Source: Acidobacteriota bacterium (GTDB lineage: Bacteria > Acidobacteriota > Vicinamibacteria > Fen-336). From it: a stretch of 64,000 nt of DNA. Shown piece by piece: positions 47,687 to 57,878 of the stretch. The translations under genes and the position numbers were made by a program. Where the stretch lies: contig QHVM01000082.1 of the NCBI GenBank assembly GCA_003223555.1, forward strand, positions 163,762 to 227,761, given 5' to 3'. The notes under the pieces were generated by a model. It was not told the DNA's origin. It did not search any database and saw nothing but the letters and a program-made list of their open reading frames with translations. Every line of letters begins with the position of its first letter. Position 1 is the first letter of the stretch.

Positions 47687-48606
47687 CGCAGCATGAGGTC
47701 CCGGAAGTCCGGTGGCCGGGGCGTGCTTTCGCCGGACAACGCCTTCTCCACCGCGAACTCGGCCATCTTCTCCACCGCCCAGGGGAAGTGGGCGTCCTTC
47801 AAGCTGCGGTAGTCGAGGTCGGGCGTGTAGTTGGTGAGGTCGATGCCGTAGTACTCGCCGTCCCGGATCGCGAACTCGAGCGCGTTCATGTCGTAGCCGA
47901 GGGCCTGGTTGAAGCGCAGCGACAGCTCCTCCGCCCTGTCGCGCACCGCCGGCGGCAGCGCGTCGTAGTCCTGGTTGTAGCCGCCCCGGCCGAGGGGAGC
48001 GGGATCGTAGCGGATCGCGCGGGCGTGGCGGCGGCCGATCGTCGGTACGCGCACGTACGTGTCCCAGGCGATGAACTCCTGCAGCATCATCGTCTTCTGT
48101 CCCGACGCGTTGTAATGGAAGATCAGCTCGTCCACGTTGTGGATCTTGTTGACGTCCTTCCATCCCCCGCCGAAGGCCGGTTTCATGATGCAGGGCGCCC
48201 CCACGAAGGAGAGGTACATCTCGAAGTCGGTCGGCCAGAGGTTGCGCAGGCTCTCGTCGTTGACGTCCTCGACGTAGGCGCGATTGGGCAGGACGACCGT
48301 CTTCGGCTCGCGGATCCCCAGCTTCTCGGCCGCGGCGTAGCCGAAGAACTTGTCGTCGGCGCTCCGCCAGAAGATGTTGTTGATCACGTAGGTCCCCTGC
48401 AGCGCGGCCATCTTCAGGTAGACGGCGTAGTAGGGCACCTCGTGGCTCATCCGATCCAGGACCACCCGGTAGGGGACCCGCTCGTTGAGCTTGGTGCCTC
48501 CGAGCTGGACGAACTCGGCGGCGACCCCCTTGTCCATCGAGTTGACGCGGGCGACGAACGCGTCGGGGAACGAGTTCTCGCGGCCGCGCAGGACGCCGAT
48601 ACGCAT
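47683..48606 (-). CDS. RimK-like ATP-grasp protein
   Basis: VINN...DDKF, PKTVVLP, IMKPAFGGGW, MLQEFI, EFAIRDG. Confidence 0.75.
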   Translation of the reverse strand: MRIGVLRGRENSFPDAFVARVNSMDKGVAAEFVQLGGTKLNERVPYRVVLDRMSHEVPYYAVYLKMAALQGTYVINNIFWRSADDKFFGYAAAEKLGIREPKTVVLPNRAYVEDVNDESLRNLWPTDFEMYLSFVGAPCIMKPAFGGGWKDVNKIHNVDELIFHYNASGQKTMMLQEFIAWDTYVRVPTIGRRHARAIRYDPAPLGRGGYNQDYDALPPAVRDRAEELSLRFNQALGYDMNALEFAIRDGEYYGIDLTNYTPDLDYRSLKDAHFPWAVEKMAEFAVEKALSGESTPRPPDFRDLMLR

Positions 48607-48730
48607 GGCTGGCTTCTCCTCGGAGACCCGGCCGGTCCGGGGGTCGGGGATGATAGCACGCGCTCCGGCGCCGGCCGGTCTCGTGGGACACGCTCACCGG
48701 CTTGGGCTTCCGCCCGGCCTTCGAAAGACG

Positions 48731-49183
48731 CTAGGGCTGGAGCGCGGTCTCCACCGCGCAGGTGGCGGAGGCCTCGTCGCGCACCTCGGCGCGGCGGTCG
48801 CGAGAGACGTCGCGGGGCCACTGCCGCCGGTCGAGCGCCATCCGCCGGCGCTCGACGGCGTGGCCGGCCAGGCGGTCCACCAGCTCGACCAGCGCTTCGG
48901 CGTCGAGGGGCTTGGCGAGGTGGCCCGTGATGGCCGGGACCTGGCCGCCCTTCTCGGGGGACAGCGAGCGGATCGCGCGGACCAGACCGATCCCGTGCTG
49001 GCCGGGCATGTCGAGGTCCACCACCATCACGTCCGGGACGACGCCGATGACCGTCGCGAGCGCGCAGCCGGGGCTCGATACCGTGATCACCTGCGCGCCC
49101 CGGCCGCGGAGCAGCCTGGCCACCGCCTCCAACGATTCCACGTCGTCGTCCACCACGAGCACCCGCGCCCCCCGGATTCCCAT
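48731..49183 (-). CDS. Response regulator receiver domain protein (possibly degenerate)
   Basis: VLVVDDD, PDVMVVDLDMPG, LAKPLD. Confidence 0.7.
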   Translation of the reverse strand: MGIRGARVLVVDDDVESLEAVARLLRGRGAQVITVSSPGCALATVIGVVPDVMVVDLDMPGQHGIGLVRAIRSLSPEKGGQVPAITGHLAKPLDAEALVELVDRLAGHAVERRRMALDRRQWPRDVSRDRRAEVRDEASATCAVETALQP

Positions 49184-49330
49184 CGCCCCGTCCCCCCGGA
49201 TCGTTCGGCACCGCGAGGTTCCTTTGCAACCGCCGAGCCAGACGCAAACCGCGTGTTTGCGGCCCGGCCGGCGGGGACGATGGACGGGGTGTCTACCGAA
49301 GAGGTCAGGCGGCTGTCCCCGGCCGCGCCG

Positions 49331-50122
49331 TTACCGGAGGCCGTCGAGGAACGACCGCACCTGGCGGTTGAACTCGGCCGGATTTTCCATGCTCGTCAGG
49401 TGGCCGGCTTTCGGGACGACGGCCAGCCGGCTCCCGGCAATGCCGCGCTGGAGGAACTGCGCTTCCGCGACCGGGGTGATCTCGTCCTCGTCCCCGACCA
49501 CGATCAGGCACGGGACCTGGATCTCCCGCAGGGTGGGGCTGGAATCGGCGCGGGCGGCCAGGCCGGCCAGCGCGTCGACGATGCCGCGGGGGGGATTGGA
49601 CTCGATCATCCGCCGGACGCTCGCCACGAGATCCGGCCGATCCCGGTGGCTGGTCGCCCCCAGCAGCTTGGGCAGCACGGCGCCGGCTATCGCGGGCGTC
49701 CCGTCCCGGAGGACCTGCTGCGCCTGCGCAGCCCGGACCGCCCGCGTCTCCACCGAGTCGGCTCCCGCCTTCGTGTCCGCCAGGACGAGGGCGCGGAGGC
49801 GCTGGGGGTGGCGGCGGACGAGGGCGAAGGCCGCATAGCCCCCCATCGAGAGGCCGCCCACGGCCGCGCTCGCCAGGCCGAGCCGGTCCAGCACGCCCAC
49901 CGCGTCGTCCGCGATCCGTTCCATGGTGAGCAGGCCGTCGCCGGGCGGCGACGCGCCGAAGCCCCGGCAGTCGAACCGCACGACCCGGTAGCCGTCGGCC
50001 AGCGCCGCCGCCTGCTCGTCCCACATCGCGAGCCCGAGAGGGAATGCGTGGAGGAGCAGCACCGCCGGTCCGGTGCCCGCCACTTCGCAGGCCAGCTCCG
50101 CCCCGGCCACCTTGAGCTTCAC
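49331..50122 (-). CDS. Alpha/beta fold hydrolase
   Basis: LLHAFP, DCRGFG, GLSMGG nucleophile elbow, GDED, AGHL. Confidence 0.88.
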   Translation of the reverse strand: MKLKVAGAELACEVAGTGPAVLLLHAFPLGLAMWDEQAAALADGYRVVRFDCRGFGASPPGDGLLTMERIADDAVGVLDRLGLASAAVGGLSMGGYAAFALVRRHPQRLRALVLADTKAGADSVETRAVRAAQAQQVLRDGTPAIAGAVLPKLLGATSHRDRPDLVASVRRMIESNPPRGIVDALAGLAARADSSPTLREIQVPCLIVVGDEDEITPVAEAQFLQRGIAGSRLAVVPKAGHLTSMENPAEFNRQVRSFLDGLR

Positions 50123-51159
50123 CGAGCCCGCCTCGCCGCCGCCAGGCGCTCCTCGGCGATGCGGTCGGCCAGGCGGTGGGGCGCCACGCCTTCCTCCCGC
50201 GCCCGCCGCCACAGCGCGGCCAGCCGCTCGCCGATCTGCTCGACGCGTCGCGTGACGCCGGCCTCGTCCGTCTCGCCCTGCTCGTAGAGGAGGCTCAGCA
50301 GCCCGCCCGCGTTGACGACGTAGTCGGGGCCGTAGAGGATGCCGCGCTCGTGCAGCGCGTCGCCGTGGCGCGGCTCGGCGAGCTGATCGTTGGCCGCCCC
50401 CACCACCGCCCGGCACCGCAGGCGGGGCAGCGCGGCGTCGTCGATGACGCCGCCGGCGGCGTTGGGTGAGAGCACGTCCGCCTCGAGGTCGCAGATCGCC
50501 TCCGGCGGCGCGACCTCCGCCTTCAGCTCCGCCGCCGCCCGCTCGGTCCGGGACGGGTCGACGTCGGCCACCGTGAGCCGCACCGCCGCCCGGGCCAGCA
50601 TCCGCGCCAGGCGGTAGCCGACCTGCCCCAGGCCCTGCACGGCGACGTGCAGGCCACGGAGGGGCCGGCCGAGCTCCGCGGCGGCGGCTCGGATCGACGA
50701 GAAGACGCCGAGCGCGGCCAGCTCGGCCGTGTCGAGCTTCGCCCCCGGCGGGGTGTGGCTCACGTGGCGGGTGAGCCGGGACATCACCGCGATGTCGCGG
50801 CCGTCGATCCCCATGTCGGCCCCGGTCTGGAAGCGGCCGCCCAGGCGGTCGATCGCGCGCGCGTAGGCGGCGAGGAGCGCGCGGGTCTTGTCGCGGCCGG
50901 GATCGCCGAGGATGACCGCCTTGCCGCCGCCCCGCGGCATCTCGGCCAGCGCCGCCTTGTACGTCATGGCGCGGGAGAGGCGTAGCGCGTCGATCGCCGC
51001 CTCCTCGAGGCCGGGGTACGGGCGCATCCGGGTCCCGCCCACGGCCGGCCCCAGCGCCGTGTCGTGGATGGCGATCACGGCCCGGAGCCCGGCCTCGGCG
51101 TCCTGGACGAGGATGACTTCCTCGTGGCCCATCTCCCGGGCCAGCGCGAGGGCGGTCAT
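50119..51159 (-). CDS. Glu/Leu/Phe/Val dehydrogenase (leucine dehydrogenase-like)
   Basis: IAIHDTALGPAVGGTR, MTYK, GGGKAVI, QGLGQVG, PDYVVNAGG. Confidence 0.9.
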   Translation of the reverse strand: MTALALAREMGHEEVILVQDAEAGLRAVIAIHDTALGPAVGGTRMRPYPGLEEAAIDALRLSRAMTYKAALAEMPRGGGKAVILGDPGRDKTRALLAAYARAIDRLGGRFQTGADMGIDGRDIAVMSRLTRHVSHTPPGAKLDTAELAALGVFSSIRAAAAELGRPLRGLHVAVQGLGQVGYRLARMLARAAVRLTVADVDPSRTERAAAELKAEVAPPEAICDLEADVLSPNAAGGVIDDAALPRLRCRAVVGAANDQLAEPRHGDALHERGILYGPDYVVNAGGLLSLLYEQGETDEAGVTRRVEQIGERLAALWRRAREEGVAPHRLADRIAEERLAAARRAR

Positions 51160-51207
51160 GGAAGCCACGGAGTATACTCTGCCGTTCCCTTGCCCTGGAG
51201 GCTCGCG

Positions 51208-51921
51208 GTGAAGGGAAGCCTGTCCCAGGGTGCGCTCCCGGTCGTCCTGGGCCGCCTCTACGTCGAGCGCCGCTCCGGCCTGCTCCACCTCAAGCGCGGT
51301 GCGGAACGGCGGAGCGCCCGCTTCCGCAAGGGACACATCGTCCACGCCGACACCAACGCTGCCGAGGACCACATGGGCGAGGTGCTGGTGCGGACCGGGC
51401 TGCTCAGCCAGGCCGACCTCGACCGGGCCACCGCCCGCGTGCTGCGCGAGCGAAAGCGGCTGGGCCAGGTACTTCAGGAGCTGCGGATCCTCGACGAGCA
51501 CCTGCTCGAGGACGCCCTCGCCCTGCACGTGCAGGAGGTCCTGCGCAAGGCGTTCCGGTGGGAGGACGGCGAATGGTCCTTCGAAGAGCAGGAGGTGGAG
51601 ACCCCGCTGCAGGAGGACGCGACGCTGAAGGTCTTCACCGGCGACGTGATCCTGGAGGCGGCCCGCAGCGTGGCCGACCCCGCCGCGGTGCGGCACGCGC
51701 TCGGCGACCCCGACCGACCGGTCGTGCTGAGCGCCGACCCGGTGCTGCGCTTCCAGCAGATCGCCCTCAACGAAGCCGAGAGCGAGGTGCTGGGCCGGGT
51801 GGACGGCACGCGGACCGTACGGCAGCTCGTCTCGGCGCTCTCCCTGCCGGCGGAGGAGACCGAGCGGAGCCTGCTCGGACTCGTCTGCCTCGGCATGGTG
51901 GAGCCTTCGCCCGGAACCTGA
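51208..51921 (+). CDS. DUF4388-like domain protein
   Basis: SGLLHL...FRKGHIVHA...MGEVLVRTG...RLGQVL...FRWEDGEWSF; GGAGG before GTG. Confidence 0.7.
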   Translation: MKGSLSQGALPVVLGRLYVERRSGLLHLKRGAERRSARFRKGHIVHADTNAAEDHMGEVLVRTGLLSQADLDRATARVLRERKRLGQVLQELRILDEHLLEDALALHVQEVLRKAFRWEDGEWSFEEQEVETPLQEDATLKVFTGDVILEAARSVADPAAVRHALGDPDRPVVLSADPVLRFQQIALNEAESEVLGRVDGTRTVRQLVSALSLPAEETERSLLGLVCLGMVEPSPGT

Positions 51922-51937
51922 GGTGTTGACGGGGCAG

Positions 51938-52043
51938 CGTTCGGCGAGCGAAGCGGAGCATCTCCCTGACCGCGCGAAGCGGGATCCACTCCCGCAAGCG
52001 CGCATGGGCGAAGCTTCGTGCGGAGCGAAGCTCGCCGCATTCG
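51938..52043 (-). repeat. Single full copy of the structured element, reverse orientation
   Basis: Minus strand: CGAATGCGGCGAGCTTCGCTCCGC...GCGGGA-GTGGA-TCCCGC...ATGCTCCGCTTCGCTCGCCGAACG. Confidence 0.85.
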
Positions 52044-52060
52044 AGCACGAGGAGCCTGAC

Positions 52061-52399
52061 ATGGAGAGACTGAGGACGTTCGAGGAGTTCTGGCCCTTCT
52101 ACGTGTCCGAGCACAGCCGGAGGACCACCCGGGCCCTCCACTTCGCGGGGACGACGCTGGTGCTGGGGGCGGTGGTGGCGGCGGCGCTGCGCTCGCCGTG
52201 GTGGCTGGCCGCGGCGCCCGTCCTCGGCTACGGGCCGGCCTGGATCGCACATTTCTTCGTCGAGAAGAACCGTCCGGCCACCTTCACCTACCCGCTGTGG
52301 TCGCTGCGCGGGGACTTCCGGATGTGGCGGCTGATGCTGCTGGGACGGATGGAGCCGGAGGTGGAGCGAGCGGTGCGGCTCTATCCCCGTGCCGGCTGA
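52061..52399 (+). CDS. DUF962 (Mpo1-like) membrane protein
   Basis: FEEFWPFYVSEH, LHFAG, YGPAWIAHFFVEKNRPATF. Confidence 0.85.
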   Translation: MERLRTFEEFWPFYVSEHSRRTTRALHFAGTTLVLGAVVAAALRSPWWLAAAPVLGYGPAWIAHFFVEKNRPATFTYPLWSLRGDFRMWRLMLLGRMEPEVERAVRLYPRAG

Positions 52400-52836
52400 G
52401 ACCGCGCCGGCCAGCGCATGAGGGTGGAGCTGGACGGGCAGCCGGCGCGGAACTCCCACGACTGTCGAACCGCCTCCGGGGCCTTGTCCCGGGGCAGGTC
52501 CTCGAAGCCATGCCGGCGGAAGAAGTCGGCCGCCGTCGTGGTGAGCAGGTAGAGGCCCTCGAGCTTGAGCTTGCGGGCCAGCCCTTGCGCGCCCGCGACG
52601 AGGAGGCCGCCGATGCCCTCGCCGCGATAGTCGGGGTCGACCGCCACGCTGCGCAGCAGGCCGTCGTCGCCGCACACCTCCACGCCGCAGAGCCCCACCA
52701 GCCGGCTGGCGTCGCGCACGACCAGGTAGTTGCCGAAGTGGTCGACCACCCCCTCCTCGGGCAGCTCTACGCGGTGGAGCAGCTCGCGCGCGGGGCCGAT
52801 GTCGTGGGCCTGGGCCGGCTCGGCGCTAAACGGCAT
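52381..52836 (-). CDS. GNAT N-acetyltransferase (ArsN2-like)
   Basis: LLRSVAV...RGEGIG...LYLLTTTAADFF...EFRAGCPSS. Confidence 0.75.
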   Translation of the reverse strand: MPFSAEPAQAHDIGPARELLHRVELPEEGVVDHFGNYLVVRDASRLVGLCGVEVCGDDGLLRSVAVDPDYRGEGIGGLLVAGAQGLARKLKLEGLYLLTTTAADFFRRHGFEDLPRDKAPEAVRQSWEFRAGCPSSSTLMRWPARSQPARG

Positions 52837-52898
52837 GGGCCATTCTAAGCCCGGCCGCCGACGCGGAGCCGGGTTAGAATCTGGGTTCCGGGGTCTTG

Positions 52899-55010
52899 AT
52901 GCCACTGAGGAAGAGCGCCGTCTTTCTGTGGCTCCTGTATGCGCCGGTCGTCTGCGCGCAGACGAGCCCATCTCCATCGCCGAGCCCCTCTCCGTCGCGG
53001 TCGGAATACGTCGAGGTCGTCGCCACCCGCATTCCCGAGACGCCGGCCGACGTGCCGGCGGCCATCGACGTGCTCACCGGCGACGAGCTGCGGGACCGGG
53101 GCGCGACCGACCTGCACGAGGCGCTGGCTCTCCTCGCGGGCGTCGACGTGGCCCCCGGGGGCGACAACGGCCCGGCGGCCTCCGTGCCGGAGTTCTGGGG
53201 TCTCAAGGAGTTCGACGCCTTCCTGCTGGTCGTCGACGGCGTGCCGTGGGGCGGCGCGTTCAATCCCGCCCTGGCCAGCCTGAGCCTGGACGACGTGGAA
53301 CGGATCGAGGTGCTGCGCGGCCCGGCGCCCGTCATGTACGGGGCCACGTCGTTCGTGGGGGTCGTGCACGTCGTGCGGCGCAGCCCGGCCGACCGTCGAG
53401 GCAGCGCCGGCGTGTCCGGAGGAAGCTACGGCAGCGGGGCGATCCGGGGCGAGGTCGGTCTTCCGAGGTGGCTCGGCTTCGACTCGCGCCTCTCCGCCGA
53501 CGTCGGTCGCGAGCGCTACCGCGACGACCGCTCGGGCGCCGACCGCGGGCACGTCCTCTGGCGGGGGAGCCGCGCTGTCGGAAGCGGCCGGCTGCGCCTC
53601 GACCTCGACGGCACGTGGCTGGACCAGGATCCGGCCAGCCCGCATCCCCGGCAAGGCGGCGCGCTCTCCGACCGCGTCCCGCTCGACGCGAACCACAACC
53701 CGGACGGCGCTTTCCTCAACGAGCGTCGGTTCTTCGCCGCCGCCGGCTACGACCACGGCTTGGGCCGGGGAACCTGGTCCACGACGCTGTCCTTCACGCG
53801 CTCGAGCCAGGACGTCTTCCGCGGGTTCCTGGCCGACCTCGGCGGCGCGGCGCCCGACGCCCGCGGCCAGCGGGGCACGATCGGCGTGAGCGACCTCTAC
53901 TTCGACACCCACCTGGCGTGGGCAGCGGCCGAGCGCTGGAAGCTCGTGGCCGGCGTCGACCACCTGCATGGGGGGGCGGAGGGGCACGGCGCCGCCTTCG
54001 ATTACTTCGCGCCGCTCGACGGCTCGTTCGCGCCGGTGGTCGCCGAGCCGACCGTGTTCGACAAGGACATCGGCGACCGGCGGGAGTTCTCGGGGCTCTA
54101 CGCCTTCGGCGAGTGGAATCCTTCGCCGGTCTGGCGGCTGCAGGCGGGCGCCCGGCTCAACCGGACCGCCGAGAGCCGCGAAGAGGGAGAGCCGAACGCC
54201 TCCCGCGGCGCCGGGGAGGAATCCGGCCGGGAGCGCGAGGACCTGCGCCTGAGCGGCAGCGCCGGGCTGGCCTGGACGCCCTGGCAGCGGGGATCCGACC
54301 GCGTCCGGCTCTTCGCCAGCTACAGCGACACGTTCAAGCCGGCCGCCCTCGACTTGAACTTCGCCGCGAGCGAGCCCGCGGGCGGCGAGCGCATCCTGGA
54401 GCCCGAGACGTCGCAGGCGCTCGAGGCCGGGATCAAGTCGCGCCTGGCCGGCGGCCGGCTGGACGTCGAGCTGAGCGGGTTCCTGATGGGCTTCCGCAAC
54501 CTCGTCGTGGCCCAGGCGATCGGCGGGCTGCCGGCGCTGGCCAACGCGGGCCGCGAGCGCTTCAAGGGGATCGAAGCCACCGCCGTCTGGCGCCTGGCCG
54601 GCCATCTCAGCGGGCGGGCGTCCTACTCGTTCCACGACGCGCGCTTCCGCGACTACCTGACCGAGTTCGACGGCGTCCCGACCCAGCTCGCCGGCAAGCG
54701 GCTGGAGATGTCGGCCCGGCACATGGGCTCGGCGGGACTCGCGTACGCCCCTCCCCGCGGACTGGTGGCCACGGCCGAGCTGAGGCTGGTGGGCAGCCGC
54801 TACTTCGACAAGCGCAACACCGCCCTGGCTCCCGGCTACGCGGAGGTATCGACCGGCCTCGGCTGGCGGACGGGGAAGTGGGAGGCGCGCGTGGCCGGCC
54901 GCAACCTCGGCGACGAGCGGGCGCCGGTGTCGGAAAGCGAGCTGGGCGATTCGCAGTATTACCGCCTGCCGGCCCGCCGCGTGGAGCTGAGCATCCTGCG
55001 GCGCTTCTGA
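52899..55010 (+). CDS. TonB-dependent receptor
   Basis: Signal peptide, VEVVATR, ERIEVLRGPAPVMYG plug motif, LEPETS, GRNL, C-terminal Phe. Confidence 0.9.
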   Translation: MPLRKSAVFLWLLYAPVVCAQTSPSPSPSPSPSRSEYVEVVATRIPETPADVPAAIDVLTGDELRDRGATDLHEALALLAGVDVAPGGDNGPAASVPEFWGLKEFDAFLLVVDGVPWGGAFNPALASLSLDDVERIEVLRGPAPVMYGATSFVGVVHVVRRSPADRRGSAGVSGGSYGSGAIRGEVGLPRWLGFDSRLSADVGRERYRDDRSGADRGHVLWRGSRAVGSGRLRLDLDGTWLDQDPASPHPRQGGALSDRVPLDANHNPDGAFLNERRFFAAAGYDHGLGRGTWSTTLSFTRSSQDVFRGFLADLGGAAPDARGQRGTIGVSDLYFDTHLAWAAAERWKLVAGVDHLHGGAEGHGAAFDYFAPLDGSFAPVVAEPTVFDKDIGDRREFSGLYAFGEWNPSPVWRLQAGARLNRTAESREEGEPNASRGAGEESGREREDLRLSGSAGLAWTPWQRGSDRVRLFASYSDTFKPAALDLNFAASEPAGGERILEPETSQALEAGIKSRLAGGRLDVELSGFLMGFRNLVVAQAIGGLPALANAGRERFKGIEATAVWRLAGHLSGRASYSFHDARFRDYLTEFDGVPTQLAGKRLEMSARHMGSAGLAYAPPRGLVATAELRLVGSRYFDKRNTALAPGYAEVSTGLGWRTGKWEARVAGRNLGDERAPVSESELGDSQYYRLPARRVELSILRRF

Positions 55011-55012
55011 TG

Positions 55013-55096
55013 CCGAATGCGGCGCGCTCCGCTTCGCGCGCCGAACACTCAGAATCGAGAGATTGCGCGCCAGTGCTTCGCTTCGCGCGCCGAACG
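55013..55096 (+). repeat. Short form of the structured element
   Basis: CCGAATGCGGCGCGC-TCCGCTTC-GCGCGCCGAAC immediately after the TonB receptor stop, plus a second right arm at ~55074-55096. Confidence 0.75.
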
Positions 55097-55296
55097 CCCG
55101 TTTGACGCGCATCGCCCGACCGGATAGGATTCTCCTGGTCGTCCTTCCGATCCGGTGCGAGACATGAACCGGGAATTCTTCCTCAAGCCGTCGGCCGCCT
55201 CTCCTCGACTCCGCGACACCTAGCCTCCGCTCCGCCTCGCCGCAGGGGAGCCGCCAGAAGCCGCAACGGAGTCGCTCCATCCACCGAGAGGTCGCC

Positions 55297-56739
55297 ATGC
55301 CGAAGGCCGAGATCGTTCCCATCAAGGATCAGACCGAAAAGCCCCGCCGGCGGCGCAGCGACCGGGTGCGGGTGATGCCCCGGGTCCCCCGGCCGGGCAT
55401 GTCGCGCAAGAAGATCATCGAGGAATCCCGCCGCTGGCTGAGCCTCATCAACGCCCACAAGCTCAACGACTACAAGCGGCGCAAGATCGTGACCGAGACG
55501 ATCGACAACTTCCGTTACTACTACAACCGCGGCTTCCTCGAGTACCGCAAGGCGGTGACCGAGAGCGGCGAGTACGCGGCCGTCGAGTGGAGCGGCCGGG
55601 GCAGCCATTTCGAGGACGTCACCGGCCGACGTTTCATCGACTGCCTGGGCGGGTACGGCATCTACTCGGCCGGGATCAACCACCCGAAGATCGTGCGGGC
55701 GGTGAAGTCGCAGCTCGACCGCATGCCGCTCAGCTCGCAGGAGCTGCTCGACCCGCTGCGAGGCGCGCTCGCGCGCCTGCTCGGCGAGCTGGCCCCCGGC
55801 GACCTCCAGGACTGCTTCTTCATCTCCAACGGCACCGACGCGGTCGAAGGAGCGATGAAGCTGGCCCGGCTCTACACGGGCAAGCCCGGCTTCATCTCCT
55901 GCATCCGCGGCTTCCACGGCAAGAGCTACGGCTCGCTCTCCCTCATGGGCAAGGCCGAGTACCGCCTCGCCTTCGAGCCGCTGCTGCAGGACGTGTACTT
56001 CGTCCCCTTCGGCGACGCCCAGGCGGTGGAGAACGAGCTGCGGAAGGCGGAGGCGGTGGGCATGGCGATCGCCGGGGTGGTGGTGGAGCCGGTGCAGGGC
56101 GAGGCGGGCGCCATCGTCCCCTCGCCCGACTTCTGGCCGCGGGTGCGCGAGGTCTGCACCCGCTACGGCGTGCTGCTCATCGCCGACGAGGTCCAGACCG
56201 GCATGGGCCGCACCGGCAAGATGTTCGCGGTCGAGCACTGGGACGTGGTGCCCGACATCATGTGCCTGGGCAAGGCGCTCGGCGGCGGGGTGATGCCGCT
56301 CTCGGCCTTCATGTCCACCCCCGAGATCTGGAAGGTGCTCGAGCCCAACCCCTTCATCCATTCCTCGACCTTCGGCGGGAACCCGCTCGCGTGCGCGGCC
56401 GGCATCGCCGCCGTCAACGTGACGCTGGAGGAGGACCTGCCGGGCCAGGCCGCCGCGACCGGCGAGTACCTGATGGGCGAGCTGCGCCGGCTCCAGCGGC
56501 GCTACCCGGAGCACCTGATGGAGGTGCGGGGGCTCGGCCTGCTCATCGGCGTCGAGTTCGTCGACACCGAGTTCGGCTACTCGGTGGCGGCGGGGTTGTT
56601 CAAGCGGGGGGTGCTCGTGGCAGGGACGCTGCTCAACGCCAAGACCCTCCGCGTCGAGCCGGCCCTCAACATCCCGCGGCCGCTCGTGGACGAGCTGCTC
56701 GACAAGCTCGACGACACGCTGCAAGAATTGACGGCTTAG
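55297..56739 (+). CDS. patA: Putrescine aminotransferase (class III PLP)
   Basis: GFLEYRK, FIDCLGGYG, SQELLDPLR, FHGKS, EPVQGE, DEVQTGMGRTG, CLGKALGGG. Confidence 0.88.
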   Translation: MPKAEIVPIKDQTEKPRRRRSDRVRVMPRVPRPGMSRKKIIEESRRWLSLINAHKLNDYKRRKIVTETIDNFRYYYNRGFLEYRKAVTESGEYAAVEWSGRGSHFEDVTGRRFIDCLGGYGIYSAGINHPKIVRAVKSQLDRMPLSSQELLDPLRGALARLLGELAPGDLQDCFFISNGTDAVEGAMKLARLYTGKPGFISCIRGFHGKSYGSLSLMGKAEYRLAFEPLLQDVYFVPFGDAQAVENELRKAEAVGMAIAGVVVEPVQGEAGAIVPSPDFWPRVREVCTRYGVLLIADEVQTGMGRTGKMFAVEHWDVVPDIMCLGKALGGGVMPLSAFMSTPEIWKVLEPNPFIHSSTFGGNPLACAAGIAAVNVTLEEDLPGQAAATGEYLMGELRRLQRRYPEHLMEVRGLGLLIGVEFVDTEFGYSVAAGLFKRGVLVAGTLLNAKTLRVEPALNIPRPLVDELLDKLDDTLQELTA

Positions 56740-56768
56740 CCCGTCCGCTCGGCTAAACTCCCCGGGAA

Positions 56769-57874
<1,106 letters not shown>

Positions 57875-57878
<4 letters not shown>

